Source: Patescibacteria group bacterium
Lineage (GTDB): Bacteria; Patescibacteriota; Minisyncoccia; Phycocordibacterales; UBA9973
Assembly: GCA_030916965.1 (NCBI GenBank)
Contig: JAUPVQ010000005.1
Location: 1 to 50,581 of the forward strand
Direction of reading: 5' to 3'
DNA: 50,581 nucleotides
Positions 28,431 to 37,574 of this stretch are shown piece by piece. Position 1 is the first letter of the stretch; each line of letters begins with the position of its first letter. Under the pieces are notes generated by a model. It saw only the letters and a list, made by a program, of their open reading frames with translations. It was not told the origin of the DNA and searched no databases. Position numbers and translations under genes: made by a program.

Positions 28431-28715
28431 ATGATTGACCCACGGAAAAACAAAGATGAGCTTATAAAGGCTATTATGATTGCGAGCTCTGATAAGGCTG
28501 TGCTTGAGGCATTCCTAGAAGATTTGCTTACTCCAAGAGAAAGAAATGCACTACCCAAGCGCTGGGAGATTGTCCGCCGGTTGTACAAAGGGGAGAAGCA
28601 GTGGGATGTAGCAGAGGATTTGAAGCTAGGTGTTGCAACTGTAACCCGAGGCTCCAGAGAGCTAAAAGACAAGAATGGGGGCTTTATAAAAGTATTGAAA
28701 AAATTGTATAAATAA
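28431..28715 (+). CDS. trpR: Trp repressor
   Basis: LLTPRER.AL..R..IV..L..G..Q..VA..L..GVATVTRGS..LK closely matches E. coli TrpR; start at the ATG 6 nt after TATAAT (28419-28424). Confidence 0.9.
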   Translation: MIDPRKNKDELIKAIMIASSDKAVLEAFLEDLLTPRERNALPKRWEIVRRLYKGEKQWDVAEDLKLGVATVTRGSRELKDKNGGFIKVLKKLYK

Positions 28716-28716
28716 T

Positions 28717-29244
28717 ATGATACTATCTTTAATTGCAGGTATTGGAAAGAATAATGAGCTTGGACTTGGCAATGCACTTCTCTGGGATTTGCCACGCGAC
28801 ATGAAGCACTTCCGCGAAACTACAAGTGGCCACCCAGTGATCATGGGTCGCAAGACTTTTGAATCTATTGGCAAGCCCCTTCCAAAGCGAAGAAATATTG
28901 TGATTACTCGAGATAATTCTTATATGAAAGATGGTATTGAAGTAGCAAATTCGCTCGAAGAAGCACTTCGTTTAGCGAGCCTTGATCAGGGCAAGAACTT
29001 TGAAGAAAATCAGGAAGAAGTTGAAGCTTTTATAATCGGTGGTGCAGAAATTTACAAGCAAGCAATTGCAAAAGCTGGAAGACTCTACATTACGCATGTT
29101 GATAGCGCCTTTGAGGCAGATGCATTCTTCCCTGCTATAGATCAAGCTTTTTGGAAAGAAACAAAACGTGAGCACTACGATGCAGACGAACAAAATAATT
29201 TACCCATGGATTTCGTAGTATACGAACGCACTATTGCAAAATAA
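28717..29244 (+). CDS. folA: dihydrofolate reductase
   Basis: LW.LPRDMKHFR..T.GHPVIMGRKTFESIGKPLPKRRNIVIT, IIGGAEIY, DAFFP. Confidence 0.97.
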   Translation: MILSLIAGIGKNNELGLGNALLWDLPRDMKHFRETTSGHPVIMGRKTFESIGKPLPKRRNIVITRDNSYMKDGIEVANSLEEALRLASLDQGKNFEENQEEVEAFIIGGAEIYKQAIAKAGRLYITHVDSAFEADAFFPAIDQAFWKETKREHYDADEQNNLPMDFVVYERTIAK

Positions 29245-29268
29245 TTAATAAAAAGGCAAAATAGCATT

Positions 29269-29805
29269 ATGATTTTATCTGACAAAAAAATTCTAGAATG
29301 TGTCGAAAAAGGCGAGATCGTAATCACGCCTTTTGATGAGAGTAATATGGGTGGCAATTCATATGATGTCCACTTGAGCAAACACCTTGCCCAATATATA
29401 GATGAGTGTATTGATGCTAAAAAACACAACGAGATTAAACATTTCGAAATACCAGAAGAAGGCTTCGTATTACAACCGGGCCAACTCTATCTCGGCTCCA
29501 CTCTTGAATACACAGAGACGCACAAGCATGTACCATTCCTCGAGGGTAAATCAAGTACCGGGCGCCTAGGTGTAGATATACATGCCACTGCCGGTAAAGG
29601 AGATGTAGGATTCTGCGGATATTGGACTCTTGAAATATCGACAAGCAAGCCTGTACGCATATATGCGGGGATGCCAATCGGCCAAGTGATATACTATGTA
29701 GTAGATGGGGAGGTAGAAAGAAATTATGGTAAAAAAACAAGTGCTAAATATCACAACCAAGATCACCTACCAAAAGAATCAATGATGTGGAAAAATAACT
29801 TTTAA
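29269..29805 (+). CDS. dcd: dCTP deaminase
   Basis: MILSD, SYDVHL, EGKSSTGRLG, TAG.GD.GF.G.WTLE. Confidence 0.95.
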   Translation: MILSDKKILECVEKGEIVITPFDESNMGGNSYDVHLSKHLAQYIDECIDAKKHNEIKHFEIPEEGFVLQPGQLYLGSTLEYTETHKHVPFLEGKSSTGRLGVDIHATAGKGDVGFCGYWTLEISTSKPVRIYAGMPIGQVIYYVVDGEVERNYGKKTSAKYHNQDHLPKESMMWKNNF

Positions 29806-29808
29806 TTA

Positions 29809-29850
29809 TTAAAAAATAAAACCCTACAGTTGTAGGGTTTTATTTTTTAA
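29809..29850. terminator. bidirectional terminator between dcd and rplK
   Basis: 20-bp arms TTAAAAAATAAAACCCTACA/TGTAGGGTTTTATTTTTTAA. Confidence 0.85.
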
Positions 29851-29856
29851 CATTTG

Positions 29857-30282
29857 TTAATCAACTATTGTTATACCTGCTGAACGTGCACTTCCTTCGA
29901 TAATCTTCATTGCACCTTCGATGTCTTTTGCATTGAGATCAGGCATCTTCTTCTCGGCGATTTCACGGACTTGTGCCTTTGTGATTTTGCCTACTTTTGA
30001 AGTATTTGGCTTACCTGAACCTTTCTCTACCCCTGCAGCCTTTTGGATCAATCCTGCTACTGGTGGAGTCTTGACGACGAAATCGTAAGTACGGTCTTCA
30101 TAAACGAATATTTGTACACCCACTACATCACCTGCCATAGCAAGAGTAGCAGCGTTGAACTTTTGACAGAATTCTGCAATGTTCACTCCGGCTTGTCCGA
30201 GCGCAGGTCCAAGTGGTGGAGCTGGGGTTGCCTTTGCAGCTTGGATCTGTAACTTCACTTTCTTCATTATTTTCTTTGCCAT
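29857..30282 (-). CDS. rplK: 50S ribosomal protein L11
   Basis: [22 protein letters not shown] and KMPDLNA. Confidence 0.98.
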   Translation of the reverse strand: MAKKIMKKVKLQIQAAKATPAPPLGPALGQAGVNIAEFCQKFNAATLAMAGDVVGVQIFVYEDRTYDFVVKTPPVAGLIQKAAGVEKGSGKPNTSKVGKITKAQVREIAEKKMPDLNAKDIEGAMKIIEGSARSAGITIVD

Positions 30283-30363
30283 AAATTTTTTATACTTAAA
30301 TACTAATATTTATCATTATATTCTGTACAGAAGGAGAAGCGCCTTTTGTACAAACAATATATC

Positions 30364-30912
30364 CTACAGCTTTTTAATTTGCAAGAAGTCCAATTCTACT
30401 GGTGTCTCGCGTCCGAACATTGATACCAACACCTTGACCTTGCCTCGATCTTGATCGATCTCGCTGACCTTGCCTTCCAAATCCTTGAATGGGCCGTCTG
30501 CAATACGAACAATCTCTTCCAGAGTTAGATCAATTGCATGTTTTGCATTCTCGGCTTTGTCCATACGGCCAAAGAGATCATCAACTTCACTCTTGTTCAA
30601 TGGAACTGGATTTACACCTGCACCAACGAATCCTGTAACACGAGGAGTGTTGCGAACTACGTACCATGAATTGTCATCCACTATCATATCTACAAGGACA
30701 TATCCTGGGTACACCTTCTCTTCAACTTCTACTCTCTTTCCACCTTTGATTTTAATTTTCTTTTCTGTTGGAACAATAACATTGAAAATCTTGTCATTCA
30801 TACCCAAACTATCTATACGCTGACGTAGGTTTCTAAGCACGGCATTTTCATACCCTGCATATGTGTGTATTGCATACCAATTCCTCTCGCCTCTTAATTC
30901 TTGTTTTGCCAT
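30364..30912 (-). CDS. nusG: transcription termination/antitermination factor NusG
   Basis: WYAIHTYAGYE, YPGYVLV, VRNTPRVTGFVG, KOW domain, MFGRETPVEL. Confidence 0.98.
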   Translation of the reverse strand: MAKQELRGERNWYAIHTYAGYENAVLRNLRQRIDSLGMNDKIFNVIVPTEKKIKIKGGKRVEVEEKVYPGYVLVDMIVDDNSWYVVRNTPRVTGFVGAGVNPVPLNKSEVDDLFGRMDKAENAKHAIDLTLEEIVRIADGPFKDLEGKVSEIDQDRGKVKVLVSMFGRETPVELDFLQIKKL

Positions 30913-30923
30913 AAAAAAATATT

Positions 30924-31109
30924 TTATCTATTAAGTAATTTCTCGAGACCTAGTTTAAATATAAAATCAAAAACACCCAAATAATAAGCAACTAGTACAG
31001 AGACTAGGATCACAGCAGTAGTAAAACCGATTGTTTGCTTACGAGTTGGCCACTTTACATTGTCCATCTCCACCTTTGTTTCCTTGATATAATTTGTTAT
31101 TTTGTTCAT
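30924..31109 (-). CDS. secE: preprotein translocase subunit SecE
   Basis: E...EM..VKWPTRK plus one TM; upstream of nusG. Confidence 0.95.
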   Translation of the reverse strand: MNKITNYIKETKVEMDNVKWPTRKQTIGFTTAVILVSVLVAYYLGVFDFIFKLGLEKLLNR

Positions 31110-31191
31110 AAATTTTTACTTCTATTAAAAAACACCCCGGGGGTGTGTATATTTAGATAATACCCTTTTAAACAAACAAAGTCAATACAAC

Positions 31192-31221
31192 AAAAAACCC
31201 CTCAATTCTGAGGGGTTTTTT
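31192..31221. terminator. intrinsic terminator
   Basis: AAAAAACCCCTCA-attc-TGAGGGGTTTTTT. Confidence 0.8.
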
Positions 31222-31232
31222 GCTCTTAGTCC

Positions 31233-32018
31233 TTATTTTATCTTGTAAGTAATTGTTACGGTTGAAGTAATCTTATTCTCCCCTTTTGGCAATGCTGGTG
31301 CCACTTCGGGAGTAGCCATTGAATCTGATTTCATCATCGCATTCGCATACATTATTGGATATCCTCCAGAATTTTCAGAGAAGCTTACTACGTCCCCAAG
31401 CCTTACATGCAATTCCTTCGCCAAAACTTTTGCTTTTGCGCGAGCTTTCTCGATTGCCTTTCCACGAGCTTCTTCTTTAAGTGCCTCTTCATCGTCAATA
31501 CTAAATGTAGGACCAGAAATATTTGTAATTCCTAGATTTGCTAACCCTGTACGAACTTCGTTTGCATTGTCTGCGTTACGAACCTTGATAGTTATTGATT
31601 GTGTCGCTGTGTATCCTACTATTACTGTCTCGCCTTGTGGACAAGGATAAGTAATACAATAAATTTGGTTGTTTTTATATTTTGGATTTACTCCTCCGTA
31701 TTCTGACTTTATGTCTTTGTCTTCAATCTTTTGATCTTTAGTGTAAGCTAAAATTTTTGTAACCATTTCGTTTACCAAACCTTGGGCTTCTTTTGCTGTC
31801 TTTCCTTCTTTCTCTACATTAAGAGTTATAACTGCAACATCAGGAACTGCCATAACATCAGCCTCAGCAGTAACCGAGATCGTGTTTTCTTGTTGACCAA
31901 ACATTCTTTTGTCATTGTCTAAGGTGTGTATAATCTTTGCTACAACTAGCAAACACAATAAGCCCATTAAAATAGTAGTAAATTTGATAAATCTCTTGTT
32001 TGTTGTAATTGTTTCCAT
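31233..32018 (-). CDS. SIMPL (DUF541) domain protein
   Basis: ISVTAE..V...PDVA, GY.A...I.IK, AR.KA..LA..L...LG, PKGE..I...V...Y. Confidence 0.92.
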   Translation of the reverse strand: METITTNKRFIKFTTILMGLLCLLVVAKIIHTLDNDKRMFGQQENTISVTAEADVMAVPDVAVITLNVEKEGKTAKEAQGLVNEMVTKILAYTKDQKIEDKDIKSEYGGVNPKYKNNQIYCITYPCPQGETVIVGYTATQSITIKVRNADNANEVRTGLANLGITNISGPTFSIDDEEALKEEARGKAIEKARAKAKVLAKELHVRLGDVVSFSENSGGYPIMYANAMMKSDSMATPEVAPALPKGENKITSTVTITYKIK

Positions 32019-32069
32019 ATATTATTAATATTAACCTGATAATACGACTTAAACCTATTATACCATACC

Positions 32070-32747
32070 CTACTTATTCAAAACATCGCTAGTAATTGCC
32101 CCATCAGTCATGAATATAGTTCTATCTGCAAGCTTGGCATACTCTGGTTCGTGCGTCACCATTATGATCGTCTGTCCATCTTTATTTAAGTCCAAAAAGG
32201 CTTGGATAACTTGCTCCGAAGTCTCGGAATCAAGATTGGCTGTCGGCTCATCTGCAAAAATAATCTTTGGGTCATGAGCAATCGCTCGAGCGATTGATAC
32301 ACGCTGTTGCTGGCCACCCGACAACTGACTCGGTAAGTTGTTCATACGATCTAATATACCCAAACGCTCTAATGCTTTGCATGCTTTACCTACTGCCTCT
32401 TTTTTACTATAACCTTGCATCAAAAGAGGTAGCATCGTATTCTCGAGTGCAGTAAGTGAAGGTAGTATTGCATAATCTTGGAATATATAACCCAGGCTGT
32501 TCAACCTAACATCTGTACGCTCATTTTCCCCGATTGGTACGTAATCCCTACCATCTATCCAGACCTCTCCGCTTGTTGGGATATCAAGCAACCCTAGTTG
32601 ATAAAGAAGTGTAGACTTACCAGACCCAGAGCGACCCGAAACTGTAAGAAACTGTCCTTCTGGCACAGCAAAAGAAACATTATTTAGCGCTATAATTTCT
32701 TGATCTCCGTTCTTAAACTTTTTAGTTAAATTTTTTACTTCTATCAT
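32070..32747 (-). CDS. ABC transporter ATP-binding protein (MacB/LolD type)
   Basis: GRSGSGKS, LSGGQQQRV.IARA, ADEPTANLD, VTHE. Confidence 0.96.
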   Translation of the reverse strand: MIEVKNLTKKFKNGDQEIIALNNVSFAVPEGQFLTVSGRSGSGKSTLLYQLGLLDIPTSGEVWIDGRDYVPIGENERTDVRLNSLGYIFQDYAILPSLTALENTMLPLLMQGYSKKEAVGKACKALERLGILDRMNNLPSQLSGGQQQRVSIARAIAHDPKIIFADEPTANLDSETSEQVIQAFLDLNKDGQTIIMVTHEPEYAKLADRTIFMTDGAITSDVLNK

Positions 32748-32751
32748 ACAA

Positions 32752-34029
32752 TTATCTTCCTAAGATTGCGCTTAGTGTATTTTGCTTAATAACAATCCGT
32801 GCTGGAATAAATCCGGCAATCATTGTAGTCACCAACAATATACCGGCTCTGTATAATGTCCCTGGTAGTGTAGCTACTAAAATTCCGTCGGAGAATGGGA
32901 AGTTGATCGGGTTGGCAGTAAAGTATGGTTTGATGAAAAAGAATATCAAAACCATCCCTACAATAATTCCAGACAATGCATAAATCACAGCCTGATAAAT
33001 ATATGAGTATAGAATTGCCTTTCGGTTAATACCTATACCCTTCAGTATACCAATATAACGCCTACGAGTAATTGCATTTACGAATATAACAATAAATATT
33101 GTAATAGATGCAACAACAAGTCCTATTCCTGAAATTGCACTTCCCAATATTCCAAATGTTGCTTTAATATCTTTTAAGAATTTAGGAAAAGCATCTTCAG
33201 CTGTTTGAACACGGGCGTACTCACCCACACCATTGTCGAGTAAATATTGCTTGATCAAGCTTGGCTCTGTGCCAGGAAGAACTTGGATAGCGATTTTACT
33301 AGCGTTGAAGTCTTCTCTTCCGATCATTTTACGGACCTCACTCTCCAGAGCAACAACAGAAGTGTCGAAGTCGTCTACTTTACTTGAAAGGATTCCTTTT
33401 ACAATATATTCTTTTGATTTATTATCAACTGTAACTTTTATCCTTGAACCTACAGAAATATTCTTCAATGTTTGGAACCCCGGTGCATCAATCGGAGTAA
33501 ATTCATAAAGCAAATTTTTACCTATCAAAACACTGTCTTGATCAGAAGGAGTTAGATACGAGCCACGAACAATAAACTTGGAAACTCCTGAGAATTTCTC
33601 CTCTTGGATGGGATCAATACCCATAAATGACCCTCCGGCACCATTGCGCAATTCTCCAGGCTTTACTGTCGAACGATAATCGGACTCAAAGCGAGCACTG
33701 CCTGCATATCGTACGGTATGATTTTTGTAATTAGGGATTGTCTTTACTATATTTACTACCTCTTGAGTATTTAATATGTACGAGCGATTCAAAAATGAAG
33801 TAATTACAACATCTCCAATCGAGTACTTTTTCTGTGCATCTTCGGAGCCTTGGATAAGGCCGATCAAAATACCAGAAACAACAACTAGGTTTAAGAAGGT
33901 CAAAGTCATCACCGCCATAATAAGTGTTGTTGTCCATATATTTGCTCGTCGAATATCGCGCTTGGCCAAAAACCAACCAACTTTTATATTTTTCAAAAAA
34001 TCTTTTTCAAAGGCAGAAATTCTATCCAT
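32752..34029 (-). CDS. ABC transporter permease (FtsX/MacB/LolE type)
   Basis: one TM, a large periplasmic domain, then three TMs; RRRYIGILKGIG. Confidence 0.92.
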   Translation of the reverse strand: MDRISAFEKDFLKNIKVGWFLAKRDIRRANIWTTTLIMAVMTLTFLNLVVVSGILIGLIQGSEDAQKKYSIGDVVITSFLNRSYILNTQEVVNIVKTIPNYKNHTVRYAGSARFESDYRSTVKPGELRNGAGGSFMGIDPIQEEKFSGVSKFIVRGSYLTPSDQDSVLIGKNLLYEFTPIDAPGFQTLKNISVGSRIKVTVDNKSKEYIVKGILSSKVDDFDTSVVALESEVRKMIGREDFNASKIAIQVLPGTEPSLIKQYLLDNGVGEYARVQTAEDAFPKFLKDIKATFGILGSAISGIGLVVASITIFIVIFVNAITRRRYIGILKGIGINRKAILYSYIYQAVIYALSGIIVGMVLIFFFIKPYFTANPINFPFSDGILVATLPGTLYRAGILLVTTMIAGFIPARIVIKQNTLSAILGR

Positions 34030-34030
34030 A

Positions 34031-35323
34031 TTACTTTTTGTTTATTACCACAACACTGTCCCCTTCACTCAAACCACTTTGGATTTCGACTAAGTTGCCG
34101 TCACCAATTGCGCCGATAGTTACTGGCACGTATTTGTATAATTTGCGTTTGTCGTTTGTTATTAAACCTACAGTTGATACACCATCAACAGTTTGGATAG
34201 ACAACAGTGGAGCAACTAGTACGTTTTCTTTTGTAAATGTTGTTATAACAATGTTGGCATTCATTCCCGGGCGAATCACGGATTCTGTATCTTTTAATCC
34301 AACTTTGATCTTGTAATTTACTACACCGTCTGTGTTGTTAGAAGACGGGTCAATAGAAAATACTTCTCCTTGGAAAAATTTGTCAGGACCCACTGCATCA
34401 TAAGTTATCTTTACAGGGTGACCAATTTTAACGATTGCAATATTTGCTTCATTTATATTTGCCTCTAGGTATAAACTACTGATATCTTGTAGTACCATTA
34501 CTTGCTTTTGTGATACAGCGAGCTCACCTAACTTGATGTCAACACTTGTAATAGTTCCTCCACCTGGTGCACGCAATAATGTGTTTTCATATTTAGAATT
34601 TGCAGACTCTAGACTACCTTGAGCAGACAATATATCTGCTTTTGCCAAATCTAGATCGGATGTTCGAGCAAGTGCCTGCTTTACATCAAGCTCAGCTTGA
34701 CGCTGATTGATTGTTGATTGTAGTCCAGAGAGAATTGTGTCTCTTGTTTTTTTTGCATATTCAAAATCATTTTTGGCAGTAATCAGATTTGTGCCGGAGC
34801 TAGTAGCAGTAGAATAATATTTATTTTGTGCTTCCTCTACAAGGATATCTTGCTGGATTTTTGTATTTGCATATTCTGTTTTTGCATTATCTAAAAGAAT
34901 TTTTGATAGAGCAATCTCAGACTCGGTACTACCCTCTTGAATCTTGTTGAATTTTGCTTGAGCTTGGGCTACATTTGCACGAGCCTTTGTAAGCTCAGCA
35001 AGTTCTGCCCCTTGATCTAAATGTGCAAGTATCTGACCTTTATAAACCTTGTCACCAACAGAAACATTGAGTGACTTAACAATTCCGCTATTACTAAAAG
35101 ATAGTGATAGGTCTGTCTTTGAAGTTACCTGACCTGTAGCAAGTACTGTTTTTGCAAGATTCATACGGACAACTTTTTCTGCAATAATACTTGAACTATT
35201 GTCAGTAGGACCAAATTTTTTATAGCCTAAAAAAATTACCAAAACAAATATAACAGCAAAGAAGATTTTCCTCCTTGTTGACCAGGATTTTATTTTTTTA
35301 AATATATTATTAGTTTTTTCCAT
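34031..35323 (-). CDS. efflux periplasmic adaptor subunit (MacA/HlyD family)
   Basis: lipoyl halves V.VGD.V.KGQ.LA.LD and LRAP..GTI, coiled coil, IRPGM.AN, SGLSEGD.VV. Confidence 0.93.
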   Translation of the reverse strand: MEKTNNIFKKIKSWSTRRKIFFAVIFVLVIFLGYKKFGPTDNSSSIIAEKVVRMNLAKTVLATGQVTSKTDLSLSFSNSGIVKSLNVSVGDKVYKGQILAHLDQGAELAELTKARANVAQAQAKFNKIQEGSTESEIALSKILLDNAKTEYANTKIQQDILVEEAQNKYYSTATSSGTNLITAKNDFEYAKKTRDTILSGLQSTINQRQAELDVKQALARTSDLDLAKADILSAQGSLESANSKYENTLLRAPGGGTITSVDIKLGELAVSQKQVMVLQDISSLYLEANINEANIAIVKIGHPVKITYDAVGPDKFFQGEVFSIDPSSNNTDGVVNYKIKVGLKDTESVIRPGMNANIVITTFTKENVLVAPLLSIQTVDGVSTVGLITNDKRKLYKYVPVTIGAIGDGNLVEIQSGLSEGDSVVVINKK

Positions 35324-35325
35324 TT

Positions 35326-35835
35326 TTATTTTTTTATTGCAACGAGCTCTACTTCGAATATAAGATCAGAATTAGGAGGTATACGATCTCCTGCTCCTCG
35401 TGCCCCGTAGGCTTTCTCCGCAGGGATGTTTAATGTCTTTTTTTCTCCGACTTTCATTCCGACTAGACCCTCGTCCCAACCTTTGATAACTTGGCCAGCC
35501 CCTAGTATAAACTCAAACGGTTGCACATGACCAAATTTTGGGTCTACATTTGAATCAAACACAGTTCCGTTTGTAAGTCTGCCTGTGTAATTCATTGATA
35601 ATACATCTCCGTTTTTTGATATTTCTTCCATAGATTTTTTTGTTGGTGATAAAACATTTTCAGGATTTTCCTCTATAATTTTCTCTGAGTTGGAAACTTG
35701 CTCATTTTCTGTAATTTGAGCCTTGCCTGGTGCTTGTACTTCCTTTTTTGCAAAAGCATACACAACAAATCCAACCAATATAATAGTGATAATTATAGAA
35801 ACTGTCATTGAAATTTTTCCTTCTTGTTTATTCAT
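35326..35835 (-). CDS. membrane-anchored FKBP-type peptidyl-prolyl isomerase
   Basis: YTGRL.NGTVFDS, LGAGQVIKGWDEGL.GMKVGE, IPPNSDLIFEVEL. Confidence 0.96.
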   Translation of the reverse strand: MNKQEGKISMTVSIIITIILVGFVVYAFAKKEVQAPGKAQITENEQVSNSEKIIEENPENVLSPTKKSMEEISKNGDVLSMNYTGRLTNGTVFDSNVDPKFGHVQPFEFILGAGQVIKGWDEGLVGMKVGEKKTLNIPAEKAYGARGAGDRIPPNSDLIFEVELVAIKK

Positions 35836-35907
35836 ACCATTTGATATTAATTATAATAATATGCTCATTGTAGCATAAATATACCCTATTATAAATACGA
35901 ATTTGAA

Positions 35908-36552
35908 TTAAATAATAGTCTTTTTGAACAGTGGTATCATGGCCTCGCACATATCATTTGTAATTTCATTTGGTTTAATATTTGTATGTGCAAATATCTT
36001 TTCCTCTATACTATACAATGCTAGGTAGATATCCTGTATTTCTGTGCCTTTTTTTGCATTCTCACCTCCTCCGTATCTCGCCTCCATATCTATCATTCTT
36101 TCTTTTAGTGTTGCCACCCCCGTCGGCTTAACCCTCATGTCGGCATACAAACAAATCATTTTCTCGATTTCGTTGGATTCGTTCACATTTACTGATTTTG
36201 AAAAGCCCATAGAATTCAAAAGCTCGAGCACCCTTAAGCTTGCCCCTACTTCAAGAGCGATTGCGACAGTTGCATTGTGTTGATCGTTGCCATACTTCTC
36301 TATAAAATTACTCTTAACACTCTGCCAATATTCGATACCAAGCGGTTCATTAAACTCTGGGAATTTAGTTAAGTCGAATTTAATAATATTGCCCATATCA
36401 TGCAGTAAGCATGTATTGATAATACTTTTTTTATCAACAGAAGTCTGGAAATTATCGCAAATCAAGCTTGCAACTGCAGCAACACGATACATGTGGCTAC
36501 ACAATTGTGGCATGATATAATAGCTTGCATAAACTTCTTCAACCGTCTTCAT
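35908..36552 (-). CDS. HD domain phosphohydrolase
   Basis: H..RVA, LLHDMGN, H, YAD.RV. Confidence 0.88.
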   Translation of the reverse strand: MKTVEEVYASYYIMPQLCSHMYRVAAVASLICDNFQTSVDKKSIINTCLLHDMGNIIKFDLTKFPEFNEPLGIEYWQSVKSNFIEKYGNDQHNATVAIALEVGASLRVLELLNSMGFSKSVNVNESNEIEKMICLYADMRVKPTGVATLKERMIDMEARYGGGENAKKGTEIQDIYLALYSIEEKIFAHTNIKPNEITNDMCEAMIPLFKKTII

Positions 36553-36591
36553 AAGGCTATTATACCATAGTCTTAAATTTGCATTTAAAAA

Positions 36592-37014
36592 CTATTTTAA
36601 TTTTCCTGGATGGTAGCCATCCTCTTGGTCGTTAATTTCTCGATTATGAGCTTCTTGTTCTGAGATGTAATCTTCTTGATCTTCAAGGACTTTGTTCCCC
36701 CAAGCAGCATAAGCAGAATTGGTAAAAACGGTATCACACTCTGCAACCATTGGTACATTGTATGTATGCAGGCCTCCGATAAAACTTGATAACTTTTCTG
36801 ATAGACTTTTTTTTGTTGTAAATATAACCATATATTGGACAACATCTTGTATCACATTTTGCCATGGATAAATAGATTCTATAGGCCAGAAGTCTGCACA
36901 AATTGCCAACTTCTCCTCAACAGCTGCGTACCCAAGATGTTTAGCCTCCCCTTTGTCTCGACAGGTTGTATATATAAATACCATTTTATCTTGAGTATCT
37001 TTATTTAGAATCAT
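36592..37014 (-). CDS. cutA: divalent-cation tolerance protein CutA
   Basis: YTTC....EA..L....VEEKLA.C, SIYPW, H.Y.VP. Confidence 0.88.
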   Translation of the reverse strand: MILNKDTQDKMVFIYTTCRDKGEAKHLGYAAVEEKLAICADFWPIESIYPWQNVIQDVVQYMVIFTTKKSLSEKLSSFIGGLHTYNVPMVAECDTVFTNSAYAAWGNKVLEDQEDYISEQEAHNREINDQEDGYHPGKLK

Positions 37015-37019
37015 AAATT

Positions 37020-37568
37020 TTATTTAATTCGAGAAACATATTTATAATTGACCATTAACAATAATATAAATAGTGACGCAGTTAATGCCATAACAGGAAT
37101 AGTCACATAACTGAATTCAAACACGTAGCGAGTTGCGCAAGAAACCTCTGTTGCACTTGGTGCAGCACAAGGGAGCCCAGCGGTACCACCATGCTCTATA
37201 TATACATGATATAAAGATGTAACAATACCAAGTAGTGCAAATACAATAGAGAAATCTACAATTGTACGATCACGCTTGTATAATTCCATTCCGAAAAGAA
37301 TAAACTGAGGATAAATAAATATACGCTGTAAATAACAAAGCTCGCAAACTGGGAATCCTATTACATTTGAATAAAATAAACTTAATGCAATCGCTCCCAA
37401 TGCAATCAAAAATCCAATATAAAAAGCAGAGTCCTTAAAAAATTTACGAACAACATTCTCCCTATCTGGAACGAAAAGCATAGTTACAACAAGCACTAAA
37501 CAAAATAGTTGCATTACAACAACACTGATCGATACAAATTGATTAAAGCTGTTTATATATGTAGGCAT
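37020..37568 (-). CDS. dsbB: disulfide bond formation protein B (DsbB/BdbC)
   Basis: SLFYS...GF.VCELCYLQRIF.YP, second Cys pair, TIPVMALTA. Confidence 0.9.
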   Translation of the reverse strand: MPTYINSFNQFVSISVVVMQLFCLVLVVTMLFVPDRENVVRKFFKDSAFYIGFLIALGAIALSLFYSNVIGFPVCELCYLQRIFIYPQFILFGMELYKRDRTIVDFSIVFALLGIVTSLYHVYIEHGGTAGLPCAAPSATEVSCATRYVFEFSYVTIPVMALTASLFILLLMVNYKYVSRIK

Positions 37569-37574
37569 AAATTT

